A stretch of 64,000 nucleotides of DNA from Epiperipatus broadwayi (GCA_028023455.1 JAQFVV010000006.1:18538001-18602000), one strand, 5' to 3'; shown: positions 1 to 12,979, counted from the stretch's first letter. Made by a program: numbers and translations. The notes: generated by a model from the sequence alone, not told the origin.

Positions 1-490
1 CAGTGGAATAGGTCTATCCATAATGTCTTGTAAAGATTGGAGTTAAATTACTGAAAATTTGTAAAAAGAAATTAGTATTAGAAATGTCAAATGACAAATA
101 TAAACAGAAATAAAGTTGATATTCATGGTAAGGTAATAGTACCAGTAAAGTTGAACTGTAGACAGAGGTTCTTGACATTTCTTGTGGTAAATAAAGATAT
201 GAGTCTGTTACTGGGTAGGAATTGGTTTGAACCTTTAGGTATAAGTGTGAATATAGTAAAGATAGTGCATATGGGAAACCTTATGAAAAGTAGATACCCC
301 AAACTGTTTAAACCAGGATTAGTAGAGTTAAGAATGAGGCCAGTGAATGCAGAATTAATAAAAAAATGTGCAACCAATTATTTGCAAACCTCGGAAAGTG
401 CCATTTGCTTTAAGAGATAAAATGGAGAAAACTTTAAATGAGCTAGTTGCTAAAGGGTCTTATTGCCCATGAAAGGTTTGTTATGGGGCT

Positions 491-937
491 ATGCCAATAA
501 TTACAGTAATTAAGCTAGATGGAACTCTGTGTATTTGTCATGATTATAGGATTACTATTACTAAATTTATAAAGACAGCATCATACCCAGTGCCTAGTCG
601 TTGCAAAGTACTAGCGATGATAGAAAAGGCTAAATATTTGGCAAAAATAGACCTGAAAGCAGCTTTTCACCTGTAACAGAAAATACAGCAGAGTTAGTTT
701 ACATTGACTACACATAAAGGATTATTTAAGTGTAGTAAATTGCCTCACGGTATTTCTATTACCCCTAACGTGTTCCAAGCAAAAACGGATGTGTTGTTTA
801 GAGCCATGGATGGAGTAATTCTGTATCTGGATGACATTTTGATTATGGGTGCAATGGAATCTGAATTAGAAAAATGGATAGATTTAATAAAATTAATGAA
901 GTTAAAAGCAAACATAAATGTTAGTAAATGGATTTAG
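491..937 (+). pseudogene. Gypsy reverse transcriptase remnant (YLDD)
   Basis: Two ORF pieces contain the DLKAAF, LPHG and YLDD motifs, separated by a stop or frameshift. Confidence 0.85.
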
Positions 938-1673
938 TCTGCAAAAGATAGACATGAGATAAATGCTCTAGATCATTTTCCAGACTCAAATTAAATCAAG
1001 GCTATTAAGAATGCAGATAAGTCTAAGAATATGAAAGAATTGCTTTGTGATTTAAAAGATCTATGAGAGTTTTCTAAAAGAAAAATCATATTCTTTATCC
1101 CCACTTTATCAACTTTTGTAAAATGAACATCATTTGGACCTAGAACTGTGAGCATGAAAAGACTTTTAACATTGTGAGATACGTTAGCTTTAAAAAATTT
1201 AATGATCAATTATCATAGCGATTGGGATATTATTATAATGACTGATGTATCCGGATATGATGTAGGAGCTATAAATTTCTCACCCTTGCTTCCAAGGCCA
1301 ACTGTTGATTACTTATGTTTTGAGAGTTCTTACATCGACTGGAAAAAATTACAGCCAAATTGACAAGGAAGTGTTGACGGGCATATTTGCAATCATGAAA
1401 TTCTATCAATATGTTTATGGCTGGAAATTCCAGATTTTTATAGACCTTCACCTCTGGGAATTTTCAGTTCTGAGAAAAAAATATCTGATCAGGTAAGTCA
1501 GCAAAGGTTACACTGGATAAGAATATTGTAGTATTACAATTATCGGTTTTTTAAATCTGGAAGAGAAATTAGGCATATAGATGCTCTTGCACGTTCCTAT
1601 GTTTGGTTACCAAACTTGGCAAAGTATGTTGAGAATTTAAGACCTCTTTAGATTAACTTATTACCCAAAAAAA

Positions 1674-2192
1674 TTGGAACAATGGATAAGACTTGTGACT
1701 CCATCGGCCTGTGTTCATTTAGACCATGTTGGTCCAGTAGATGGACATCGAAAACTTATATTGGTAGATGCCTACTCAAGTTGGGCTGAATATAAGTTGA
1801 TCGATGATTCTAGTACCAAATGCATTATAACTGTGATAAAAGAATGCTTTGCCACCCATGATTTCCCAGAGTTAATTGAGACTGAGAATGGGACCAGCTT
1901 CATGTCTCAGATATTTAAGAATTTCCTGCATGATAGAGGGATTAAGCATATCCTTACTTCCAACCACCATCCTGAGAACAATGGAGTTGCAGAAAAAGCT
2001 GTACAGTGTCTGAAATGTAGTTTTAAAAAAATGAAATTTAAAAATATGTCTGAAGCTCTAGTAGAGGCAGTGTACAGCCAACATTTCATGCCTTGTACAG
2101 CAAGAGGAAAAACTCCAACCAATTTGTTGATGTGTGATTCTTTCCATACCCATTTAATTCAGCTGTTGCCTACAACTATTAAGAGAAAATAA
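1674..2192 (+). pseudogene. Gypsy integrase core (rve) remnant
   Basis: VHLDHVGP..LILVDAYSSW..ETENGTSF..HHPENNGVAEKAV. The second catalytic Asp reads as Glu (TENG instead of SDNG). Confidence 0.85.
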
Positions 2193-2602
2193 AATCAAAA
2201 TTTAGTAGATATTTAGTACCCGAACAAATCTGAATATGAGATTTATTAAACATCAGTCCATGCCAGGAATAATTATAAAGGTATTGTCAAAACAAGTAAG
2301 ACTTGTAAAGTTGAAAAGTGAGTTCAGAAAGCATGTAAATCATATATGTCACTGTTATGAGGATTCTGTACCTGAAATCTGTCATAAGGAATGGCATGAT
2401 AATTCATTGCTAGTAAAGGATATGATGGTAACTGATGCAGGCTGTAATCTAGGTCTAAATGTGAATTAAGATGGAACCTACACTTGATTGACAATGTTTT
2501 ACTACCGCAGCAGTTGAAGCTTTGATGGTTGTTTTGAGAACTCCAAGAATATGCCAATCACCAGTTAAATTTAAAAATTTTATTTATCATTAGACCTACT
2601 AT

Positions 2603-2918
2603 GAGTGGGGGAAGAAGGTTTGATTAGATTTCTAACATGTCAATATATTTATGTTTAATGCTGATTGTCTCTGTATTGGAGTGCTGCAAATAGATTCTCA
2701 TTTTCAGATATGTAAATGAAATGATTTGGAAAAGCAGCAGAGAAGAGTACAGAACATTGCCTGTGCAGTAATAGTAATAGTTGTCAAAGAATAAATTGAA
2801 AGGAGGGCAATATAATCACTGAATTGAGCTGACAGCAGCAAGGCGTAAATGAGTCAAATTATTAGACTATTTTAGATGAATGTTATAACCTCTGCAGAGT
2901 AAGTTTTGTATTTCAACA
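2603..2918 (+). repeat. Polypurine tract and probable 3' LTR of the Gypsy element
   Basis: Purine run GAGTGGGGGAAGAAGG at about 2603-2618 directly after pol. The LTR end (..TTTCAACA) is a guess because no second LTR lies in the window. Confidence 0.3.
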
Positions 2919-4344
2919 ATTAGTTTGCTGGGTTACTATGTTCGCATAGAAATAAATATATACATTAATTTACTTTATCATTGTTTGTTTATTACTTGTT
3001 AATAAATAAATGTTAATTAACTAAAGCTGGGTACTTGTTTAAATTACATTCGCTGTTGACTATTTCTTGCTAAAATCCTTGGACTAGCAGAAATAAATCT
3101 CTACTTATAAGCATCGTATAATTGTCAGGAATTCTCAACCTTTTTTTTAAATGTAAATACATAACCTGACTCAGATATAGGTGACAGACCTTTTTGGTTT
3201 CTCATAAGCACAGATAAGAGCTGAATGAAGCAGAAATTGAGAGCTAATACCATCATGGGTATGGTTAAAGCTTTTGTAATAATAGTATTGACTGTATGAA
3301 CATGAAATGTCCTGTACTTTTGAATTTTTGCATATTATAATTGTGCTGTTAATCTGGAGGCAATGATTTTATAATATTGACTAGTCTAACTTTCATACAA
3401 ATATATAGAAAGTAGATAATGGTGATGATGGCTGAACTTAAAAAAGGACTATATTTTCCAATCACCTCAAAATTCTAAGGATTCAAAATAGGTTTTCTCA
3501 TCCAGAAGTAATTTAGCGTTAACTAATAATAAAGGCCTGTATTCACTAACTTTAGTAGGATATCATCTTTTCACGTGAAAAGAAACCTTCAGAATGCTAT
3601 AACCTCAAACCTCCACTTCTCCCAATTTCCAGTAATATTTGACAGTTTTTCAGTGGTTAAGCATTTTCTCTTCTTTTCTATCAACATGGAAATTATAAAT
3701 ATTAGAATGAGAATTTGAAATGAAATTTGAGACATGAAATGGTTCTAACAACTTGAAATTTTTTAAAATTAATATAAAAAAAATTATGTTATACAATTAA
3801 TTTACATACACATAAGTTATTTCAGAATACAATGATAAAATTAACACACATACAAAAAATACATAAATAAAATAACTGTAATAGAGTCATGAACTGCGAC
3901 TTTAATTATACCCTTCCGAAGAAAAAAGAAAAATTGTAAACAAACAAAAAAATCCATTAAAATATGCAAATTTTATGATATTCATGCATCTATTTTTTTC
4001 TTCTCTGATGCAATCACATAAATAAAGAGTAAAATTTGTAAATAAATTTTACAATATATTAGAGTTCCATACAGAATTAGATATCTTAAGAAAATTTTTT
4101 CAGTTTGTTTTTAATAAAGCATATACATTTTATTCTCTTATTTTTTCTAAATTTGATATGCAGTATTTTGCATAATAAAATATTTTTTGAAGTGATACTA
4201 AAAATTTTACAACATATTAAAAGTTGATATTGACTTAAAACATTAAATTAATTTAAGAGGTTGTAATTTTTTGATAGCAAGACCATTATTATGATTCTAT
4301 AAAAGAAAAGATTAAAATCTGAAAATAGCCGACATAATAATAAT

Positions 4345-5583
4345 GTTGTATTTTTATATTGGACTATTTTCATCATCTAATATGTGTATTGAAAGTCTTT
4401 AGAAAAATTTAACATTATTCCAAATATATTCAACTGTTAGTAGTAGCACATCAAACAGGTTAGTATATTCACAACGTTTTGAGAGGTATTATTCTCCCTT
4501 CTTCAGCTGTTGCTGGCCTGACTAGTGACAGTACTAGCATGGAATTCGAACTTGGACCCTTCGATTCTTGAATATTGAATTTTAAGGGAACACTCTAACC
4601 AACAGCCATCCTGCCAAAGTAGAAATTTCATATACTTATCTATAAGGTTCCTCCTGATTTCTCTTATGTTTCCTAAGAGCAAAGTTGATTAGTGGTTTCT
4701 ATACATTATATATAGTCACATTACGTTGGCTTATGGTTTTTTTTGCCATTCTCATGTGTGCAGCTTTTTAAAAAAAATTTCTTTGTACCCTTTCTTCTCT
4801 ATGCAATATTTTTGTATTTTCCCAATTGAACATATGTTCATTGGCACACATATGGCCTGTTACCTTAGACACATTCTGTTTTCTCTTTTCTAATCATCAG
4901 TTTTTGTTCTTGCAAATGTGTTTCAATGGGACGACTGGTCTCACCAATATACTTTCTTCCACATTCACATGGTATTTTTTAGATGCAGTTTTTTCTTTTC
5001 AGCATTTCGAGTTTAGGTTTTGTAGATCTTAGAAATTCCTCGTAGTGTGGTATGGCCTGGAAAGCTGTTCTGATCTTATACTGGTTGCAGATTTTTCTTA
5101 ATTTGTCTGCCATTTTTGGAATGTATGGATATACTGCAGTACCAATAATTGTCTTTTCTCTTGATGGTTTTTTTGTTGTCTATTGAACATATTCTTAATA
5201 ACAGCTGATGGATGACCATTTTTCATAAGAGTTTGTTCTATATAGATATTTTCTTTTTCCAAATCGCTTGTTTCTTAACAAACTTCTTTTGCTCTGCTCT
5301 GTAATGATAGTATAACTCCATGTTTTGTGTTTCTGATGTGATTGGATGTATAAGCTAGGTATTTTCCTTTATGTGTAGGTTTTCAATAAACTGTAGTTTT
5401 GATTTTGCCATGAGGGAGTCCTGTCACAAGAACATCTATGAATGCCAATTTTTTGTCTTGCTCTGATTCTATTGTGAATTTAATTGAAGCGAATATGTTG
5501 TTGATGTGTTTCCAAAAAGTTTGCAACAGTGCTTCACCATGTGGTCATACAACAAATGTGTTATCCACATAATGAAGCCAAAC
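4345..5583 (-). mobile_element. Penelope-like element 3' half (RT C-terminus, GIY-YIG endonuclease, terminal repeat), left arm of palindrome
   Basis: Minus strand reads VWLHYVDNTFVV*PHG..IKFTIESEQDKKLAFIDV and KYIGETSRPIETHLQEQK. It is the inverted copy of 5584-6774. Confidence 0.88.
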
Positions 5584-6506
5584 TTTAGATGGATGATACA
5601 TTTGTTGTATGGCCACATGGTGCAACACTGTTACAAACTTTCTGGAAACTCATCAACAACATATTCCCTGCAATTAAATTCACAATAGAATCAGAATAAG
5701 AACAAACATTGGCATTTATAGATGTTCATGTGACAAGATTCCCTTATGGCCAATCAGAACTACAGTTTACCAAAAACCTACACATACAGGAAACCCCAAA
5801 ATATGGAGTTATACTATCACAATGGTACAGAGCAAAAGAAGTTTGTTCAGAAACCAGCAATTTGGAAAAGGAAAAGATCTATATAGAATAAACTCTTATG
5901 AAAAAATGGTTATTCATCAGTTGTTATTAAGAAAACACTAAATAGGCAACAAATAGAACGATCATGAGAAAAGGCAATTATTGGTATTGCAGTTGTACCC
6001 ATACAATCCAAAAATAGCAGACAAATTAATGAAAAGCTGCAATCTGTATAACATCAGAACAGCTTTCCAGAGCCATACCACACTATGAGGGATTATAACA
6101 TCTACACAGCCTAAACTTGAAATGCTGAAAAGAAAAAACTCAATCTATGAAATACCATGTGAATGTGGAAGAAAGTACATTTGTGAGACCAGTCATCCCA
6201 TTGAAAAGCACTTGCAAGAACACAAACTGATGATTAGAAGAGAGAAAATAGATGTATCTAAGATAGCAGACCATGTATGTTCAATTGGAAAAATACAAAA
6301 ATATTGGATAGAGAAGAAAAGGTACAAAGAAGAAAATTTAAAGGAGCTGCTCACATGACAATGGCAAACAATCCCATAAGTTCAACCTAGTGTGACTATA
6401 CATAATGTATGGAAATCACTAATCAACTTTGCTCTTAGGAAAAAGGGGAGAAATCAGGAGAAATCTCATAGATAAGTATATGAAATTTCTACTGACTGTT
6501 CCTTTT

Positions 6507-6590
6507 GGCAGGATGGCTCAGTTGGTTAGAGCATTATCTTAAAATTCAATACTCAAGAATCTAAAGGTCCGGGTTTGAATCCCATACTAG
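6507..6590 (+). promoter_or_regulatory. tRNA-derived (Lys/Phe-like) Pol III promoter inside the PLE terminal repeat
   Basis: GGCAGGATGGCTCAGTTGGTTAGAGCAT (A box at about 6514-6525) and AATCTAAAGGTCCGGGTTTGAATCCC (B box at about 6572-6582). Homologous copies lie at about 4530-4617 (-), 53930-54013 (-) and 15330-15365 (+, partial). Confidence 0.65.
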
Positions 6591-6614
6591 TACTGTCGCT
6601 GATCAGGCCAGTAA

Positions 6615-6654
6615 CACTTGAAGAAGAGGGGAGAATATCTCTTGAAACATTGTG
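6615..6654 (+). ncRNA. Minimal type I hammerhead-ribozyme-like motif (degenerate copy)
   Basis: The consensus of three copies (6615-6654, 4470-4508 minus, 53864-53905 minus) is CAC-CUGAAGA-A-GAGRGG-loop-CCUCUC-GAAAC-GUU-GUG. Each individual copy has substitutions in the core or stems. Confidence 0.55.
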
Positions 6655-8009
6655 CATATACTAACCTGTTTGATATGCTATAACTAACAGTTGAACGTAT
6701 TTGGAATATTTAAATAAAGTTAAATTTTTCTTAAGACATTTGATGATGGAAATAGTCCAATATAAAAATACAACTAGAACACCATCATCACAAATCTTCA
6801 GGAAAACACATAATAATAATAATGTAATTTAAAGCATATCTGGTTGTGATGTAATTTGAAAAACCAAGAAATATAGAGAATTGTTTTTAGATTTGATTTT
6901 TATGCTAACATGGGAAATGAGAGTATAAATGAAAATAGTTTTCAAAATAGACAAGGCTAGCATTTTAGTTAAATGCAGTGGCTAACCAAATCCATATTGC
7001 TAGGACTAATTAATTGGAGATGAAAAAATGGAGCAAAAAGGAAATAAGTATAACTGGTGGGAATACTTTATAATTAAAATAAGCTAATTTTAAGCAGAAA
7101 AAAGTGAAACTCTCCAAACCTATGACTTACATAAGCAATGATCTAACTACTATATGAATGCTTGATTAGTTGTCTGTTTGCGCATTAACTTCATCAATCT
7201 AATCATGCAGTATTCAACTTCTCTATGATGGAAGAACTGACTAGATGCCTGAGGGAACTAAGAAATGCCTTCTTTTTCCAGAGTGATATGTGGACCAATC
7301 AGAAACCAGCTTTAAACTTCTAGAACCACTAAATCTTGAAATAACTTGTTTATCTGTAAAATTTTCTGAGTAAGAAATAAAGTGTACAAGAAAAAAAAAA
7401 TACATAAGGAAAAAGAATATGGTAGAAAAAATGTATGCAAAAAAGAAAATTAAGCACAATTAAAAATATTATCTATAAAAGTTTGAAAGTACAGAAAACT
7501 GCAATATGATATGGCTAATGTTTAATGGAATTAAGGCGAGAACTTTTTATATGAAATTTTTTTATGTTACATAATATATAAATGCAAAATATATTCCAAA
7601 TAAAATATAATGTCTAATCAATAATACATAGTATATGTAATCAGACACCTTAATTATAATTTTATTTTTCTCACTTGAATGATATTTCTATCTTTTTTTA
7701 TATTTGTAATATTTTAACAATCGTATGATTGATTAATACCTCCATTGGCAGAACATTTCATTCCATGCTATGGACTGAGATGTAATAAATAAAATACTGC
7801 AACTGTAATATAAATATGATTAATGTATTCTTTTAGTAACAGATTCACTCTTTGCAAGTCCTATGTATTCATTTTTGCCAATTAAGCTATACATATATAT
7901 TATGTAGTATCATTTTTTATGTGTCACAATATATATAAAGAATTATTATATCTAATCATGTTTATTGCATGCACTTATAACTTTATTAAATATCTAAATT
8001 TAAAACTCG

Positions 8010-8353
8010 AAAGTGTCTTTGACCTTCTTGCTATTACCTTTGAGCCAGAGATGTGTGTGCATATGTAATGCAAGCTTTTCTCAACTTTCATATCTGAAAG
8101 TGGAGCAATGTAAAAAAAAAACATCAAAAAGGGTTATTAAAATATTTATTTTTTAATTAGGTGTATTAGCATATACATAAATAACTATTGGTGTTTTTTT
8201 ATATATGTTTATCACGATATAATTGTACTCTTCTTTTTCTTTTCTTGATAAAGATTTCTGTAACGCACTATGTCTTTTTCTATTGCTCTTCGTACATGAG
8301 ATATACAAATTATGAATGAAGTAGCAAATTGTATGAAAGTTAAGGACCTTCTG
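8010..8353. mobile_element. Degenerate copy of the pogo/Tigger-like MITE at 43912-44200
   Basis: Colinear similarity to 43912-44200 (CAATGTAAAAAA..CATCAAAAAG; TTCTTGATAAA..TAACGCA..TCTTTTTCTATTGCTCTTC; GAAAGTYAAGGAC..CTG). Confidence 0.6.
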
Positions 8354-9385
8354 TGTATATGTGATGATGATGAAATAAATAGTTCTTAATTATGAAGCTA
8401 CTGTGTAATGCAATGCCAAAAAAGACAATCCTAAATATGGAGTTTCTTTGATCACCTGAGTCTGAATCCAGAGACTGATATAAATTGAAGATTTGAGAGA
8501 GAAATGGAGTTAAGATCTGCAGGAATGCAAGCCTAATGACTTACGTTGATAGCAGTGCTCTTGTGGACTAGCCATGAATTGAGTATTAAAGCTGGTATCT
8601 GCTTGATTTTTTGGTGGCATTGAATTGTGTAGTAGTTATCATATGTAAATATCGATAAGAATCTCATTTTTTCAGTTTTATACATGTTTTATTTTTCGAC
8701 ATATTGGATGTAAGATTGGCAATAAATCTCATAGTTGTATATTATGAAACTAATGATTCAAAAATGTTTTTTTTTGCATTGATTTTTTCTAATGCAAGTA
8801 TAAATGTTTAAAGAAAACTATTTCTCTTTTGAATATAAAATTTATTACAATTATCAATTGGTTCTTTCAATTTTTTCCTCAAAGATTTTAATAATTGGAA
8901 TCTCAATATTTTTCTGATCTTTGTTAATTTTTTTATTTTTAGTTTTTACAATCTCCACTTTCATTATTGCAAAACCTATTTCATCCTCACCACTTGTTTT
9001 TTTATTATTATTATTTGTAATAGGTGAAAGCTTCTCATCTTTTATTTATATATATTATTTAATAATATTATTGTCAAAGTAGATTTCGAAATAATAAATA
9101 GTAAATAATACAATTATTATTATTTAAACATAAACATGTATAATAGCTAATTAATTAGAAGCAATATATTTTTAAATGCTAAATATCACCATAAATGAAG
9201 TATACAGATTTATGGAATTGCATTTTTTATTAATTTTAAGAATTATCTTCAGAGCCATCTGTCAATAAATGTAAAAACTAAACAAATCAAATAAATATAT
9301 TATTGATAGAGGTTATAGCAATTTTGATTTCTAAATTCAAAAGTGCTAATCTTCAATTTTTAAAATAATCAATATTTTATTCCAG

Positions 9386-9596
9386 GATGCTATTATTGAT
9401 GTACTTTGGCGAACAAAAGTTCATTTTGTTCATTGTATTTTGCCACAACACAATGCGGGTCTCTGTGATCTTAAAACATCCCTCCTCATGCCAAATAAAA
9501 CAAATTCACAAGAAGATATTATGTTGAATGTTCCATTAGTACGTTCCCAGTTAAGAGGTTTCCAAATTATTGATGCTGTTCGTTGCCATAAACAGG
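9386..9596 (+). CDS. MYO18A: Unconventional myosin-XVIII motor-domain exon (phase 0 to 1, 211 nt)
   Basis: TCCAG|GAT..CAG G|GTAAG. Translates as DAIIDVLWRTKVHFVHCILPQHNAGLCDLKTSLLMPNKTNSQEDIMLNVPLVRSQLRGFQIIDAVRCHKQ, matching the myosin-18 pattern HFVHC.LP..[insert]..VPL.R.QLRG..(L/I)DA.R..(R/K)QGYP. Confidence 0.93.
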
Positions 9597-10011
9597 GTAA
9601 GGGACTTTCTTTTTAATAATTTTGATTAGTAAGTTTATTTAGTTAATTTCATTATTGGTGTTATTTTCACTTGTTGCTAAACATAGAAGGGTTAAAAACT
9701 AATATTTTTCTTATTTCAGATTAATTTTCATAGCTGGGTTACTACTTTTTAAAAAATGTATTGATTCATTCATTATAAAATCTTGGAAGTGACATTTTCA
9801 CTGTATAAAATTAAAAAATTGATTTTACATTTTAAATAATTTTTTTTTAAAAAAAAGGTGCAATTAAAACAACTTGAATTTAGTCAATTAAATAATCAAA
9901 AGCGTTTAATTATAAACTTCTTTTTTTGTTGCAAATTAGGAAATTTATATAAAAAATTCTGTTTCAAGATTAGTTATTTTTTTACTTTTCCTGATCTACA
10001 TTATTTATATA

Positions 10012-11098
10012 CATCTGGGTCTCTTTTTATGCAGACTTATTTAACACGATTTTGAAGTTACACCATTCGTGTTTCACCGGAAGTGTGTTAAATAAGTCCG
10101 CGTAAAAAGAGACCCAGGTGTATGAACTCCGATAATAAATTTCGCGCATTTACGTTATATTGAAAGTAATAGCACATTATTGGAATTCGACTTTCATCTT
10201 AGTAATTTCAATATTTTCAGTGCTTTATAATAGTAAGATTTTATGCAATAATGAAATTAAAATCATAATTTCCACATTTTATGTATACACACATTAAATT
10301 TTACAAGATTATAATGTAAATTTGTTCAAACATTGTGCGTGTTAATTTTGCATTTTAAATCACATTCTGTTTTTGCTTTTAAAAAAAAAACGTAATCAAT
10401 TATTAATCATTTAGTGTCCACAAATTTATTTTTAAAAGGTCAGTAATAGCAGTGGGCACAATTAAATTTGACAATTAAAAATTAAAATCTGATTTTTAAT
10501 TGTAATTAACAACTTAAAAATTACTTACTGCGACTTGAAATTAATGTGAAATTTGATTTTTAAACCAAATTGAAAATTAAAGACAAAAATAAGAATTTAA
10601 TTTTTAGTTGTTAGTTTCATAAACAATTAATAAAATCATCGTCTCAAAGATTAATTACTAATTACGTTGTCACCAGAAAACCACTGTTACAACATGAGTG
10701 TGAAGTTGGCGCTAGTTGTTTGCAAACGTACGTGTTTTTCGGCAAATAGCTATAATAATTGAAACGTGTATAAAAAATGCAAATTACTGTACTGTAAATT
10801 ATGCATAAAAATATATTATTTTGAATAAAATTAAATATTATAGTTAAAAAAAGTTTATCTTGTATCAATTTTTTTCAAATTTGAAATTTTTTATTAGTTA
10901 TATTTTATTTCCTTTTTTTTTTTTTTTTGCGCGAATTTTAAAGTAATTTTACGTTGGTGCTTTGCTTTTACGCGAATTTTGAAAAATTGCAGACCGCATC
11001 CCCCCTTTTTCAATGTAAGTTACATCTATTTTTGCGTGGTTTCGTTTGCGCGTGTTTTTCTGAGGAACCTATCTATCGTGTAAAACGAGACCCAGGTG
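10012..11098. mobile_element. Non-autonomous Tc1/mariner-pogo-type DNA transposon with a duplicated terminal end
   Basis: Left end TA|CATCTGGGTCTC; inverted ends GAGACCCAGGTG|TA at 10120 and 11098. TA flanks; the interior retains CpG, unlike the surrounding DNA. Confidence 0.75.
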
Positions 11099-12979
11099 TA
11101 TATGTAAAGGCTTTTTTTAATATATATATATATATCTTTTTATTTACGCCATTTAATGTTAAATATTGGAGACTGTGTGAGATAAACTTATTTGATAATA
11201 TCTGATTGATTAAATTGTATTACAAGAGTTATTATTGTGAATTAGAAAATGTAATACTTGTGAAATACACAGTAATCTAATTCTAGAGAGAGAAAGTCAC
11301 AAGTGAAAAAGTAAAAAAAGATTAAAATTGCAAAATTATTGTTGATATGCAAGCAATAAATATGAAATGCAAAAAAATTTGAAAAGCAGCCATTATTGTC
11401 TCATGCGATAGACTGCAGTCTTTATTTTTATTTATTAAAAATATTTTTATATTCTGTATCATAGCTGACAGTAAGGATGCACCTGAAGATAAAATCTGAC
11501 TTATGCAAAGATTCTCAACATGAATTACTTACATAGACCATCTATATAAATAAAATAAATGTTTCTATAAAAGACAAATAGGTTGCCTGATAAATATAAT
11601 ACTTGTTTGCCATTTGCATTTTATTTTGATGTAAGTAAATTGTCAAACCTTTTGAAATCTGAGAATTTATAAGCATATTTATTTTTTAAATTTATTTATG
11701 GACTAGCTAAGTCAGAATATGTTACTATAAATAATAAGTCAGATTTTCTAAAGAATCATTTTTAAAAAGATTGCAAACATTTCTCACTTTATCATATTAA
11801 TATGTAAATCATATGGATAAATTTAAAAAATAACCAATAATATAATTAATATGTAACAGAGCCATATGATAATATTATGAATAAGTAGATTTGAATACTC
11901 CTTTAACCCATTATTTATTTATGATACAAAGTATTAGTCAAATTCTGATTGTGTACTATAATAATTTATTTAATATAAGCAAGATTTAAAACTAATCTTA
12001 TTTGTGATGTTGAGATTCAGTATATTTGATGAAAGAGGCCCCTAAAACCGATACCGTGAGCCTTGTATTATTATAATGCACAATTCAGAATTTAACTATC
12101 TTAGTTAAATGTTAATTAGCGATCAGGCTAATGCACATGCGCTTTACAGATAACTATAAGTAAATAATACTAACATTCTCAAACACAAGATAAATTCTTT
12201 AGAAAAGGTAGAATGAATCCATCTAACTTTTCGACCCAAATGTTTTAAGTATGGGCAAATTTTAAGTGTTTGGATATGAGAGTGTGACAATATTAAACAG
12301 TCATTTTAAATTATTTTAATATGCTTGGATGAATGACGCTTGCGAAATTATTTAAAATTTGCTATATGTCATTCTTTTCATAGAGAATGTTTAAATGCAT
12401 TCGTTCATAATATTATATAAGATCTAACTTTGTAATATTTTAATTATATAATTGGTTATAAGATACATACTTAAATCATTTGGTGAAGTTTATATAAAAT
12501 GGAATTATGTATTTGCTTATTAATTATGTAAAAAAAAACACATTAGTAATTCTTTATAACACATATATGTATTATAATCTCTACCTTTATAGAATATAAA
12601 TATGTGTGTGCTTGTTATCTATATACAGTATTACATTTAATAATCATGTATGTTTCATCTTTTACACTTTGAAATAAAACAAATGAATCTTGCTTAATAT
12701 AAAATATATTTAAGTCTATTGTGATTCGTGGTTGGAGCTTAACACAGCTAATGAAGGGAAAGTCAGACTTGTCTTAGTTACAATTTAGAATTTGACTATT
12801 ATATAATATTTTATATCTTGGTTTAAAAAGCTGATAATGCATTCATTCATAATAAAAATATAAAAAGTACTAACATTTATTGAAATGTTGATTCTAAAGC
12901 ATTAGCATCCTTATCTTTGTACAATTTATTATTTATTAATTAAAAAATATATAAAAATTATCAGCGTTTGATTAATTTA

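Larger units (their letters stand above)
1..2600 (+). mobile_element. Degenerate Ty3/Gypsy LTR retrotransposon pol region (protease-RT-RNaseH-integrase), frameshifted
   Basis: Fragments occur in Gypsy order: protease-like LLGRNWFEPLGI (91-420); RT YRITITK..YPVP, KIDLKAAF, LPHGISITPNVFQ, YLDDILI (491-937); RNaseH-like NYSQIDKEVLTGIFAIMKFYQYVYG (1305-1496); integrase (1674-2192). Many stops and frameshifts. Confidence 0.9.
5584..6774 (+). mobile_element. Penelope-like element 3' half (RT C-terminus, GIY-YIG endonuclease, terminal repeat), right arm of palindrome
   Basis: DDTFVVWPHG..IKFTIESE..LAFIDV, then IYEIPCECGRKYICETSHPIEKHLQEHK (6122-6358). RT followed by a C-terminal GIY-YIG is the Penelope/Poseidon-type layout. 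Confidence 0.88.

Noticed and set aside
12021-12055. AG..GTGAG-bounded mini-exon candidate inside the phase-1 intron
   Set aside because: 35 nt, not frame-preserving, and no homology.
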